Source of the DNA: Lama glama
Lineage: Eukaryota
DNA: 64,000 bases
Direction: 5' to 3'
Assembly (NCBI GenBank): GCA_028534125.1
Contig: CM052817.1
Location: 19,904,001-19,968,000 of the forward strand
The first letter of the stretch is position 1, and every line of letters begins with the position of its first letter. Shown in pieces: positions 1-13,110 of this stretch. The translations under genes were made by a program, and so were the position numbers. Below the pieces are notes generated by a model, which had not been told where the DNA came from, searched no databases, and worked only from the letters and a program-made list of their open reading frames with translations.

Positions 1-899
1 AAAAAACAACAAAATAAATATTTTTTAAAGTGCTGCATCAGCTCTTAAAACAGACAGTGCTGACATTTTGAGGTGTGAAAGGGAGATTAATTTTGGATAG
101 AGAGACAGAGGATGCTAAGACAATTTAAATGCTTTCTTGGCAGATGAAAAAAATCTCTACTGTTTCCCATTGCTGTTCTCTATTTGCAACATTATCCACA
201 CATCTACTAGTTTTCTCAAGGAAAGCAGACAATTGAGAAGGAACATATGAATATATGAGTGATTGAAGTATTATGAGGAGGTTTTTTTAAAGGAAATATT
301 TGAGGAAAAGATAATTTTCAAAAGCATTAGTGAAATAAAATGACCAGGGAAGAATTATCACACTTTATTTGCTGAAAAGTTCCTTTCAGATTGCTTTATA
401 TTTACTTTGCTGTATCCTTGAACTGTTTATTTTTCATTTTCTTTAAAAAGTTATTTTGCTAGGTCACTGGCTTAGACAGTCTACCTAGAAAGCAATCATG
501 ATGGAGTATGTATACTAACAATTTCAAACATGAGTGGGAGTTGGTGAAAATGGACAGGCACAGAGTTTGACTCACCCTTATTATTTTCTCCAGTGGACAA
601 CTTGATGAACCCTAGAAGTCTCATAATTTTAGGAAGTTTTTCAAGTTGTGTAAATGTCTTTGAGAAGACCTCTTATGACACTGACACATGTACACATGTA
701 TGTCTGTGTGTATAGCTAAAGAAAGGCCAGTCTGCAATTAGTATACTTACATTCTCTAAAAACTAAGACATATTTTCCAATATATAGTACTTCCTCTAGG
801 AACAGTGAAAGTAACTCCACACTTGTGGTTCTTAGGAACAGCATAAGATCCAGGCAAGCTCAACCTGTGTTCCATCACTCTGCTTAGAGCTATCAACTC

Positions 900-1255
900 A
901 GGAAATGTCAGGTAATACTGGTTGATCCAAAGAGACAGCCCAGGATTTTCCCTGGAACTCTTCAAATTCTAGGTTTGACAAACTGATTAAAGGTGAGTCT
1001 TGCAAATTAACAGCCATTTTGGCACTAAACAGTGAGACAAAACTTGAGAATCAAGCTAAAGCAAAGAAACCAGAAGTGATAGCACAGAAAGAGAAAGTAA
1101 CAGAAAAGCACTGACCCTTGGTGAAGCCATAGCTCCCAGATCCAGCCATACAAAAAAAAAATCTCTTCCTAGAACTTCCATTTATAAAATATTATTTCTC
1201 TTCATTTTCTTACATGTATTTAAAGAACAATGATGTCACTTGAAAATGAAAGATC
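900..1255 (+). mobile_element. Old MaLR LTR fragment (MLT1J/K/L-like)
   Basis: Ordered MLT1 motifs: cagccatttt, ttgagaatcaagctaa, gatccagccat, ctagaacttcca, tgtcacttgaaaatgaaagatcc. Confidence 0.6.
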
Positions 1256-1261
1256 CAGATC

Positions 1262-1348
1262 ATTGACTTTTTCCCCTACTTTATTGAAATATAATTGACA
1301 AATAAATTGTATGTATTGAATGTAAAAAAAAAAACAGAAAAAGAAAAA
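1262..1348 (+). other. Short polyadenylated insertion whose body is antisense L1 3'-end sequence
   Basis: tttattgaaatataattgacaaataaattgta resembles a reverse-strand L1M 3' end; AATAAA at 1301-1306; A-rich tail 1324-1348; gaaagatc repeated at 1248-1255 and 1349-1356. Confidence 0.5.
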
Positions 1349-2279
1349 GAAAGATCTGGTCTATATGTCAGATAACTGAGCCATGATCTTATACTCAACT
1401 TTACTAACCCAATTCATGTGTCCTTTACCATCCTCAACTTTACCATTTGAGAAGCGCTGTGTTAGCTGCCCTCCTTCATTTGTAGTTTTGTAAAGAACAG
1501 TTCTTAGACTTCTACAATAATACATTTTGCTTAGAATGGAACAGGGTACATTTGACTCTGCTTTTCTATAAAACTCTGAAAGTGTAAAATGTTTTATTTT
1601 TTCCATCTTTGTAATATATATTTTCAGTTTGAAATTCTACTTCTTTTGCTGCATCAACTCCTCATACATCAGTTCTGTTTTCAAAATTAAATCTGTGCTA
1701 TAAATTATAAATACACCAATTGCAGAAAAATGAAGTTAAAAGAGCCAAAACTAACCTTTCAGTTTCTTTTGAGATTATGAGAAATTAATTACTTTTGAAA
1801 AACTTAAACAAAAAATGTATGTTATTATAAATATGAATTTTTTGGGTTGTTGTTACTGTTCTATCTTTTTTTCAGGTCTTTCTACACAGGCATTCAATTT
1901 CAAAATATATTTGCTCTCATGCTTGAAGAAAGTCAACATCATAAAAGATGACAAAGTATTTCCATATCTAAAAAGACTATCTTTTTTTTAATTGTTTTAA
2001 TACATTGTCCTTATCAAAGGTAATTCATTAAGAAACTGACTGATCTGATTTGAATGCCTCTTACTGAGAGGAGGAAAGGCTGTATGTGTTTGTCTCTTTA
2101 TGGAAAAGGGAAATAATATGTGCTTGTTTTTGTTGTATTTGTTATTTTACTTGTGTCTGCATTTTACAATCCCCAATCATTAGCTACTAAGGAAAGATGA
2201 TGTTAAATGGGCCCTTGGTCTGAGATTTATTGGGTATGTCATTACCATGGTTGAGGGGCACAAGCATAATGGCTAGTTT

Positions 2280-2737
2280 TGCTTTGGGGACCTGCACGCC
2301 CTGGTGCCAGCCACTGAGCTGTTTGAAAGTAGGTCATTGGTCATGACCTTCAGCACAGCTATAATGGGGCTAGTGCTCTGTGTAAGGAAGGGCTAATACA
2401 AAGGCACAGCATGTGCTCATCAAAGATGTGTGCCTGAAGGAAACAGGGCAACAGCAGCACATCAGTGATGTCCTGAGGAAAAGCCTGTTGAAGATGGCCA
2501 TAGACTTGCTGGAGGCCCAGATGAGTACCTGGTATATCATCAACCCTACCATGAGTACAAGGATAACCAAGGATGAGGCAGCACAGAACAGATTGGAAGA
2601 ACCAAAGCTTCACAAGAAGCTGAAAAACAGGACGTGACAGGTTACCAGTTCCCCTACTCTGAAGAGTGCATCTTTCTATTCCAGTCTCCAAAAAAAGGGC
2701 CTCATTCCCAGAGACCAGGACCTGTACCTCCTGGATA
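2280..2737 (+). pseudogene. Possible processed-pseudogene fragment, parent not recognised
   Basis: Locally GC-richer, codon-like sequence; frame KAQHVLIKDVCLKE...KLHKKLKNRT*QVTSSPTLKSASFYSSLQKKGLIPRDQDLYLLD has one stop and is cut by the gap. Confidence 0.35.
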
Positions 2738-3237
2738 NNNNNNNNNNNNNNNNNNNNNNNNNNNNNNNNNNNNNNNNNNNNNNNNNNNNNNNNNNNNNNN
2801 NNNNNNNNNNNNNNNNNNNNNNNNNNNNNNNNNNNNNNNNNNNNNNNNNNNNNNNNNNNNNNNNNNNNNNNNNNNNNNNNNNNNNNNNNNNNNNNNNNNN
2901 NNNNNNNNNNNNNNNNNNNNNNNNNNNNNNNNNNNNNNNNNNNNNNNNNNNNNNNNNNNNNNNNNNNNNNNNNNNNNNNNNNNNNNNNNNNNNNNNNNNN
3001 NNNNNNNNNNNNNNNNNNNNNNNNNNNNNNNNNNNNNNNNNNNNNNNNNNNNNNNNNNNNNNNNNNNNNNNNNNNNNNNNNNNNNNNNNNNNNNNNNNNN
3101 NNNNNNNNNNNNNNNNNNNNNNNNNNNNNNNNNNNNNNNNNNNNNNNNNNNNNNNNNNNNNNNNNNNNNNNNNNNNNNNNNNNNNNNNNNNNNNNNNNNN
3201 NNNNNNNNNNNNNNNNNNNNNNNNNNNNNNNNNNNNN
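2738..3237. other. Assembly gap, exactly 500 N
   Basis: Run of n counted directly. Confidence 0.99.
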
Positions 3238-5089
3238 CTTATTTAATGGTCCATAAAGTACTTGATTCCAATCCCAATATGCCCTGTTTGTGTGGGAAAG
3301 AATCCCAACCTATATCCACATACTTTTTCATTCTCTAGTCATGGTTTTTCCATCCTCTCAAGCAATTGTAGAATTACTCTAATGATGATACTCTATGACA
3401 ATTTTTTTAACATTTGAAAAAGTTCAGCATTCTCATACACTGTAAATTCATTTTCTTCTTTTTATTTAAAGTGTTCTATTATTAGTTCTCTCATTTTCTA
3501 AATTAAGTTTGAAAGTGCAGTCATTTTGGTCTTGCTTTCTCTGTTCCTGTACCTGCTTCATTAATCTCAATCTGGGTGCTGTTAATCTTAGTTGGCAAAC
3601 TGTCTCTGGGCTGTGCTACACTTTTGGTTAATTTAGTATATAGTATCATTCAAAAAAAAATGGGACACATATACTTCTTACATATAGTAACAAGAAGGTG
3701 CCTTTCCTTCTGTGAACCAAGCATCACAACACAACTTTAATGGTAACAGTGGCGTTGAGGAATATTGTCTAATGTAGTTTGAATTTATAGTAATAAAATT
3801 AGCATCTTCTTCCCAACACTTTCATCAAAAAATTACCACTTTTTCCGTAAGGTTTACATTTCATTAATTACTCAAGACATGCATTTTTGAAAAGATTATA
3901 CTTTCATTCTGTACCATATAGTTTGTTCTAAAATGCAAAATTAAAGTAACTATTTCATCTGTGGTTCAGCAGAATAAATCAGGTTCGTCTGTTTATAATG
4001 TACACAAAGACTATGTTCTTTCTTCCCTTTGCAAAATTAAGGATGTAATTTATCTGCTAAATAGCATGATTGATCCTTTCTCACTGTGGTCTTGTCTGAG
4101 TTAATAAATCAGGACACAGCTACCACCTCCAAATGTTCAATCCTGACCCTACAATTAGCTTTCCACTGACTCTGGTTCCTGATTATCAGCACAAACCTCT
4201 ACTTTGAGCTATCCCATAATTAGTCAGACAATACTGTGTCATGTGCTAAAATATCCTGGCTGGTAGAACATTTGCTAACCAGTGATCTGTCACATCCCCT
4301 GGATGGATCTCATGCCCTTGTTTAGATAAGAGGATCATCAGCTCTGCTTCCCATTACATTGACACTAATGTGGCATCCAAAATTTGAATGCAGCAATTAA
4401 AAGTTTCTTAAGCTTTCCTTAAATGGCACCAGGCCAAATCCTACATGCAAAATGTTTGACGGACTTTTTTAAGTATGAACAAAATGTCCAAATGTTAAAC
4501 AATTCTGAAGGTGCTACACCAACAGACCATATGCATGGAATTTTGGTTTTATTCTGAAAAAAGAAAAGAGCAGAATTGAAACACCTCACTAGTTGAATCA
4601 GGGGAAAAGAAACTTCTTTATTATTTGCTTTTTATTGACTTTTTAATGTTATCTTCCCTTCAATTATCTGTTACTTTCTAAAAGTATTTTTTCCAACTTC
4701 AGATCCAAATTTGGATCATTTCTTAATTGTATGTCACCTGTATACATTTATAGGAATTTGTAAGAATTACATTGTCCATATTTAGTTTTTTTGGCAATAT
4801 AGATGATCAAGGGGAAATTATTAGAGGTGCAAGAGTTCAAAAGAAGACTATCATATAACTGATAATTATAATGAGGATGATCAGGCATAGTTAATGGACT
4901 AACACTACTGCCAACAAAAACAAATTTTATGACTAAGATGCATCTCAAGTTTATAGGTCATATTGCAGGTAGTTAAAATACTAGTAAAAGCAATTTAACC
5001 TTGGTCCTTGTCTGAGCATTTTTATTATTTATTTATGTATTTGAATCTTATATTCTAAGATAATGCACAGAATAATAGATTTTTTTAAT

Positions 5090-6530
5090 GGCTAACTGTT
5101 TTTTGACTAAGGAATCCTATCAGAATGACTGGAGATGTATAGAACAACAACAAAAGATAAACTTTGACCACTACTTTATACCATATGCCAAAGTCAAATG
5201 AAGATGAATCAAAGACCCAAGTGTTGGGGCTGAAACTATACTACCTCTATGGAAAGAAAAATAGAAGTTAATCTTCATTGCTTTGGATTAAGCGAAGATG
5301 TCTCAAATTGGACAAAATACTCATCACAGGGAAAAAATGATATAGTCAAACTTCATCAAAATTAGAAATTTTGATTTCAGAAGTTATTTTTGATGAAATG
5401 ATAATGCTGTTCTGAAATCTTCTAAGAGCAGATCTTAAGTGTTCTCACCAAAAAACAAAAAACAAAAAAAAAAAAAGAGAGAGAGAGGAAAAAAATAGCT
5501 ATGTGAGGTGTTGGATATATTAATTAATTTTATTGTGGTAATCTCTTTATAATGTACCTATAAACCAAATAATAATGTTGTATACTTTAAATATATTCCA
5601 ATTTTATTTGTCTATTATACCTCAACCTTTAAAAAAAGAGAAAAAATTGAAAGAAAATGAAAATCCAAATTATATATTTGGAGAAAATACAACAAATTTA
5701 AATGACAAACAACTTGTATCCAGAATATGTAAAGAACTCTTAAATATCAGTAATAATTTTTAAAATAATCTATCTTAAGAAAAACAAAAGTCTTTAAAAG
5801 GATGTTCATAATTAAAAATATAGAAACAACCAAGAGGTATGTTAAAAGATGTACATCATCGTTAATCACGAGGAAAATGCAAGTAAAAACCACAAAGTAC
5901 CACCTCTTAAATAAACTCAGATGTCTAAAATTAAAAACAATGAATATCCCAAATGTCAGTGAGGATATGGAATAACTGAAATGACATATTGCTTGTGGGA
6001 GTATTAAATTATATAACAACTTTCAAAAAGGATATGAGATTCCTTGTAAAGTTAAACATAACATATTATCTAGCAATCCCAATTTTAGGTATTTATCCAA
6101 AATTAAACATATGTCCACACAAAGACTTTGCACAAATGTTCATAGCAGTTTTTATTCAGTCCCAAACTGGAATCAGTTCAAATGTCTACCCGCAAAATGT
6201 AAGCAAACACATTTTAGCATATTCAAAAATGGGCTACTAAAAAAAAACAAGTACAAATACTTTATGCACAACATGGATGAATACAAATAAGCACATACTA
6301 TGTGATATAATTTTTATTGCTTCTAATTATGGAGATAGATATCAGAAAAGTGTGTCTCCTGAGCTTAAATGGAGTTTGACTAGATAGAAGCATAAAGAAC
6401 TTTCTGATACGGTGAAAATTGTTTATATTTTGATTGGGTCAATGGTCACCTGGCTGTATATATTTGTTAAAACTCAACAAACTCACAATTAAAATCTGTG
6501 CACCTAACTGTAAGTAAATTTTATTTTGTG
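5090..6530 (+). mobile_element. Old L1M (MC/ME-like) ORF2 3' end plus 3' UTR
   Basis: aaacttcatcaaaatt, cttgtatccagaatatgtaaagaactc, ctagcaatcccaattttaggtatttatcc, caacatggatgaa, aaaactcaacaaact. Confidence 0.85.
5410..5650 (+). mobile_element. Nested L1MA/MB 3' end inside the older L1
   Basis: taagagcagatcttaagtgttctcacca, ctatgtgaggtg, aattttatttgtctattatacctcaa, then A-rich tail. Confidence 0.8.
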
Positions 6531-7374
6531 CAAATCTTGTGCTATGTAAATATTACTAGAATTAAAACCCACATCATCATCATATACTAATAAACAGAAT
6601 AAAGAGCAAAACCATAACTCTCTCACTAGATTTAGAATTACAATCATAAAAGCAATATTCATTTTTGGATTTAGTTCTGATACTTCTCCATTAAATAATA
6701 ATAAAAATTAACAAGATGTTTCTTGAATATTAAAGAATTAATGTATAACATAGTACTTAGGTAATAGCCAGTTCTCAGTAACTTAATTATTATTATATAT
6801 TATTACTTCATAATGCAATGAGTTAAGAGCTAGGTTTGTCTTTATTATAGTAAAAAAAAATAACTGTCTCTTATCCAAAAAATAGACAAAGCCATGGTAA
6901 AAAATAAAAGAGGAGAACTGCCATTTGACAAGGTCAACAGATATTTGGTGGGTCATTCAGTAAAATAATGACATTTTCTCTGCAAAAAATTGTACCAGAA
7001 ACATCGTGAGAAAAAAAATAGCAAATCAAGGTTGAATATATCTCATGGATATGAGACTGTGATAACCTCAGGGAGTGGTTCATACAGCGTAATCCTCAAA
7101 AATTATTTTAAGCATATGAAAATACCAGAAGACCTGATAAGGAACAGCTGACTGAAGGGAAGTGCCACCTTGCTCTTACTTGCCTTGTCTCACTTCCAGT
7201 AATTATAACTGCGTGAGCATTAAATTAAAATGTTACGTACAAGCATTTTAGTTTTTTCCCACTAATTTAAATGAGAAACATTGATTTCTTGGTTATAAGG
7301 GAGAACTGTAATTGATTAAACTACTTGCGCCATTTTAAATAGCACATCAAATGAGAACTTTATCTGTTGGCTTT

Positions 7375-7960
7375 TCTGTAAGTATATAATATAGTTTTTT
7401 AACTATAGTCACTATTCTGTACAGTAAATTTCCAGGAGTTAGTCATCCTGTATAACCGAAACTTTGTATCTTTTGATTAATACCTTCCTGTCTTCCTCTG
7501 CCAAGCCCTTGGCAATCACTTTTCCACTCTCTGCTTTTATGAGTTTGACTATTTTTTCACTCATTTTATAAGTGGCATCATGCAATACTTCATCCTGGCT
7601 TATTTGATTTAGCCTAACTTCCTCCAGTTTCATCCCTGTTGGAGCAAATGGCAGTATTTCCTTTTTTGCTTTTAGGGCTGATAATAGTCCACTGTATGTT
7701 TATACCACACTTTCTTTATCCTTTCATTCATACATGAGCATTTAGGTTTCATTTAGTTGGATGGTGATAACTCATTAGGGTTTTGATTTGCATTTCCCTG
7801 ATGATTAGTGATGTTGAGTACATTCTGGTATACCTGTTGGCCATTTGTAGAAACATAAAATGTTAATTTAGTTCCTTTGCCCATTTTTAAATCGGGTTAT
7901 TTTGTTTTGTTTTGTTTTGGCTATTGAGTTGTAGAATTTCCTGATTTATGTTAGATTTTT
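7375..7960 (-). mobile_element. L1MA/MB 3' fragment
   Basis: ccttggcaatcact, tctctgcttttatgagtttgact, ttgatttgcatttccctgatgattagtgatgttgag; ORF 7439-7633 resembles the L1 ORF2 C-terminus. Confidence 0.9.
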
Positions 7961-8119
7961 TTCCTTTTTGAAAGTATTGGGTAGGGCTTCCAGAAAAATC
8001 AGTAAATAGATAAACATGTGTATACCCATTATTCTTAGCTTTATTTTGTTGTTGGCTGTTGTTTTGTTTTGTTTTAACCAAGAGTGGGTTTAGAAATTCC
8101 TCCCTCATAGCTATTAACA

Positions 8120-8330
8120 GGGTTTGCAACCTGGTTTGACTTCTTTAAAGTTGTATGACCTTGGGAAAATTATATACCCTTTCTAAGAGCTATTATCTAA
8201 ATTATAAACAGGTATAAAACTCTGAGCTATCTTACAGGATTTCTATGAGGATTAGGTGAGTTAATGCATATAAAGCACATAGGACAGTGTCTGGCATGAA
8301 GTAAGAGCTATGTAAGAGGTGCTATGATGA
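8120..8330 (+). mobile_element. MIR SINE
   Basis: tgtatgaccttgggaaaatt core; tgaggattaggtgagttaatgcatataaagcac; acagtgtctggcat. Confidence 0.85.
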
Positions 8331-9908
8331 TAAGGAGCATGATTGACATGCTCATAATATTTCATGTTCTTATCTCAAACTTTCTTTCATTCCAAATAGA
8401 AGAAATCCAAAACCAATTAAGGTAAGTTTAATTAGGATTTATGTATTTTTGAGACTTTTCTATAGCACAGTACTGTGTCTCTTAAAATTTGTGTGAGAAT
8501 ATTTTTATCAGATACAATAAATCAACAATATCAAATAAAATACATTGACTTTGGCACAGTTTAAATAAGATGAGAATTATCTCATACTATTAGGTGCTGT
8601 AGAACTGAGATAAAAACTGTCTTATCCTAGTGCTTTCTTGGGATAACATCCTTTCCAACATGTTTAAAAGATCTTTATCTAGTACTACGTTCTATATCTT
8701 TCAGAGATAATATTGTTACTTATGGGTTTTAACATATAAATATGACTATGAATATAAATATTAAATAGTATATAAATACTATATTCCTGTATAATTGTAT
8801 TATATATACATATAAATGTTTATATATACTTAGAAATGTATATTGGTGTTTATATATGATACCAAACACCAATATATTTTTCTCTCTGCTATTCCTCCGT
8901 ATTTGGTAGAATTTTCCAGAATTGCTTAATTAATCAAAAATTTCAACATAATCATTTCTTGAGATTCCTGAGGATTTGGGAATTCATGCATTTGGATTTT
9001 CAAATGAATTGGAATAAAGTTTGCATGAAAAACATAAGTATATTATAAAAACATACATATCTACATATATATCTATTAATTATTACTGTGCTTAATGCAG
9101 GTAGTGTAAGGACATTATGTATAATCTTAGTTTCTAGTCTTTCCTACTGTGAAGATATAGCTTATATCAAAAGGCTGTACATGCAAACAGAATTGGGTCA
9201 TACTTATTTTTTCCATTGTGTTTTGGAGCATTTGTTGATATTAAAATGTTATACAGTTTTATTATTGTAAATAAAATAAATCTTTTATTGATTTTGCAAT
9301 TTAAAAACAAAAGCCAGAGACTTTAAAAATACCCAGTGTTAATATGATTCTGATTAACATTTCCATATCTTGTTGGTATTAGTAAACATTTGGGAAGCAT
9401 TTATTTAAAAGTGAAATGTAATAATGGGCATAAGTCTAATAATATTATTTGACCTTGTATTAAATATTTTGGGATTTTATGCTAAGAACACATTTCCAAG
9501 AGTAGAAAATCTATACATTAAAAATTTTGAAGCATCCTAAAAGTCCAATCATACATATATTTAGGTAAGGCTATTTTCTTTTCTTTTAAATACTTGTATA
9601 TGAACCATAATTACACACTAGGTAATTATTTTAAAGGAGAGGGAGAAATGGAGCTATGGTATTTAGAATGTTTGGAAATTCAGGTAATTGGAGTCGAATG
9701 TGGGAGCATGCTCAGACTTTTCTTTTGAGGTGGGAAGACTGTGAATTTATTGCAAAGACCTTCTAATGATGCTTTTACTGTGGAGGAATATTGTTTATCT
9801 AAGGCAACATGTACTTTCAGACGTCTGGTAACTGCAAGTAGAGTCAGCTGCACAGCTTTGTACTTGGTTATGATGGATAGTGTTTCCTTAGTCGGCAGTG
9901 GCATTCTT

Positions 9909-11844
9909 TTTTCTTTTCTCCGGTTTCATTAAGGTAAAATTTACAAATAAAACTATAAGATATTTAAAGTATAAACTGTGATGGTTTGATATACATATAC
10001 ATTATGAAAGAATCCCTTCCATCTAATTAACGCATCCATCACCTCGCATATTTATCTTTTCTGTGTGTGGGAGAACATTTAAGTTCTACTCCTAACAGAT
10101 TTCAATTATATAATACAGTGCTATCAACTATAGTCATCAAGTCATACATTAGGTCCTTAGATTATATTCATCTTACAGCCAAAAGCTGATGCCCTTTTAA
10201 AACCTTTTCCTGTTTCTCCCATTCCAGCTCCTAACAACCACGTTCTGACTCCCTATTTCTGTTAAGTTAGAGCTTTTTTTTCCTTTTGATTCTACTTATA
10301 TGTGATATCATGCAATATTTGTCTCACTTGTCTGGCTTATTTCACTTAGTCAAAAGTTTATCTATTCTAAATGTCAGCATGTCCTTTCTTATGGCTGAAT
10401 TATATCTATCTATCTATCTATCTATATCTGTATCTATATATACACACACAGATATGTATACACACACACACACACATACACATATATATATGAATGGAAA
10501 TAAATAAATAAATAGATTTTTGTTTATTTATCCATTCCATGTGGATATGTGTGTATCTGGATATATAAATAGTATATTTCTGCACATATATAACTGTATC
10601 TCACATACTCTTTATCCATTCATTCATTGATGGTCACTTAGGTTGTTTCCATATCCTGGCTATTGTGAATAATTCTGCAATGAACATTGAAGTCCAGATA
10701 TCTCACTGATACCCTGTTTTCATTTCCCTTGGATATATACCCAGAGGTGTCATTGATGGGTCATATGGTAGTCCTGTTTTCACTTTTCTGAGGAACCTCC
10801 ATGCTGTTTTCCACACTGGCTGCACAAATTTACATTCCCATCAGCAGTGTACAGGATTCCTTTATCACATGCACACCAATGTACTCATCACCTTTTTTAC
10901 CCTTCCTTTGTGATGATAGCTATTCTAAGAGATACGAGGCAATATCTCATTGTGATATGAATTTTAATTTCCCTGATGATTAGTGAAGTTGAGCACTTTT
11001 CATGTATCTATTTTATTTCCCTGACTTTGGGAAAAATATCTATTCACATTCTCTGTTCAGTTTTTGAAATCAAATGGTTTGACTGTTTTGCTATTGAGTT
11101 GTGTGAGTTCTTTATTTTTTTTAATATTAGCCTCTTACAGATACATGATCTGAAAATACATATTTTTATTCTGTAGATTGCCTTTTTATTTTATTGATTT
11201 ATATTATTGTTTCCTTGGCTACAGAAACTTTTTTTTTAGGCAATACTATTTGTATATTTTTGCTTTTGTTGTCAGAGCCAAAAAAAAAAATTGTTTCCAA
11301 AACCAATATCAAGAAGTTTTTTCCCTGCTTTCTTTTAGGACTTCTACAATTTCAAGTCTTAAATTTATCTTTATCCCATTTTGAGTTGATTTTTGTGTAT
11401 GGTGTCAGATAGAGGTCCAATTTTATTCTTTTACATGTGGCCATCCAGTTTTCTCAATACCATTTGTTGAAGACAGTACTCTTTCCCCATTGTATAGTCT
11501 TGGCTCTTTTGTCAAAAATTAGTTGACCATGTATGCATGAGTTCATTTCTGGCCCCTCAATTCTGTTTCATTGATCTATGTGAATGTTTTTGTGCCAGTA
11601 CCATAGTGTTAAAAGGTTACTATAATTTTTTAATACATTCTAAAATCAGGAAGTGTGATACATCCAGCTTTGTTCTTCTTTCTCAAGATTTCTTTGGCCA
11701 TTTGGGATCTTTGCTGTGTGATACCAATTTTAGCATTGTTATTTCTATTTGGGGGGAAAATTCCACTGGAATATTTTTTTTAAAAGGATTGCTTTGAATC
11801 TGCAGATTGCTTTGATTAGTATAACCATCTTAACAATATTAATT
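9909..11844 (-). mobile_element. 5'-truncated L1 (~1.9 kb, L1MA/MB-like) with 13-bp TSD
   Basis: Continuous reverse-strand ORF2/3' UTR motifs; TSD cagtgg(c/t)attctt at 9896-9908 and 11845-11857. Confidence 0.93.
10401..10492. repeat. Compound microsatellite (TATC)n/(TA)n/(CA)n inside the L1
   Basis: Read directly. Confidence 0.9.
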
Positions 11845-12610
11845 CAGTGGTATTCTTAACTGGCATTTTCCCATTTGTTGGTTTTAGATACACATATTAG
11901 GTTGAATTATTTCTCATATTTCCTTTAGAGAAAGAAATCTTCTTTGGATTGAAATAAGAAGCTTTTGCTTTGAAGTGTTCAGCCAAAAGCTGCCTCAAGG
12001 CCATCCAGTGGGGTAGTCATTAAGTCTACTACCTTTAGACACTCAAAAATAGTTTCACTTCTTTCAATGACTATCGTGGCTTCAAAAGACAGAATATAGC
12101 CTTGGGATCATTGTGTTCATTGCAGAATTGGGACAACTAATACAGCCTAATATGGAATTTAAATTTTTTTCTTTCATAGACTTTATCTTAGATATTAAAT
12201 AGGTTTGCTTTTGAATTTGTTTCTTTCCTCCATGATAATAACTGTCTCTGTGGAACTTGACATTTTTTCCCCCAGTGTATTGAATATATATCTTAACTCC
12301 ATATAATCACAAAATATTAATAGCAATTTATAAATATTCTGATTTTAATAATAACACAATTATAAAAGTCTACTCACCAAGACCAAAGTCCCTTGAGTTG
12401 TTATAAAGATCTACCTTCCTGAGCTTTATCATCCAAGTCACTTTTTAACTTTAGAGGCTCAAGCAAATGCCTTACTCTAATTCACCTTTCTGAGATGTGG
12501 CCTATGAATCCTAAACTTTTGAGGTGAGTTAATCATTTTGCTGGCAGCAAGGTTTCTAAGACTAGGTGGTAGGGTAGGGCAGTGTTGATTATACAGTACA
12601 GCAGACTTGG

Positions 12611-13110
12611 CGTGGTAGAATTATTAGACAGTCCCAATATTTTGCCATGGTGAGCATGACACATCTAATCCCATACCCTTGAATGGCACCTGTAATGATG
12701 ATGGGAAAGCTACTTCGTGTATTAAGCTGTTAGGCTGTTATTTGGAAAGAGTGATGAAGAGAGTTACTCTCATGTTTACCTTATGCTATGTAAGACTCTA
12801 TCTTAGGTGATTAATGAAAGAGTCTCCACTAGACTTTACATAAGCAAACTGCCATGTGGTGAGTAGGCCATGCAGCTAGAGTATGAGGGGAGCCTTCAAG
12901 AACTGAGAAAGGTGCCCCACACTGCCAGCAAAAAAGGAAGAACTTAAGTTCAACAAACATAAGGAACTGAATTTTGCCAAAGTGAATGAGCTTGGAGGAA
13001 GATCTCAAACTTCAGATGGGAATGTAGCCTACTGACACCTGATTTCAACCTGTGAAACTGAGCAGAAGATCCAGTCAAGCTGTACTCAAACCCTGACACA
13101 CATATTTGAC
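12611..13110 (+). mobile_element. MaLR LTR (MLT1E/F-like)
   Basis: agcaaactgccatgtggtgag, ccagcaaaaaagg, aaggaactgaattttgccaa, tgagcttggaggaag, tgacacctgatttcaacctgtga. Confidence 0.8.

Noticed and set aside
2634..3338. 234-aa and 196-aa ORFs
   Set aside because: Artefacts of translating through the 500-N gap
5989..6240. 83-aa ORF containing AIPILGIYPK
   Set aside because: Decayed L1 ORF2 C-terminal remnant, not a host gene
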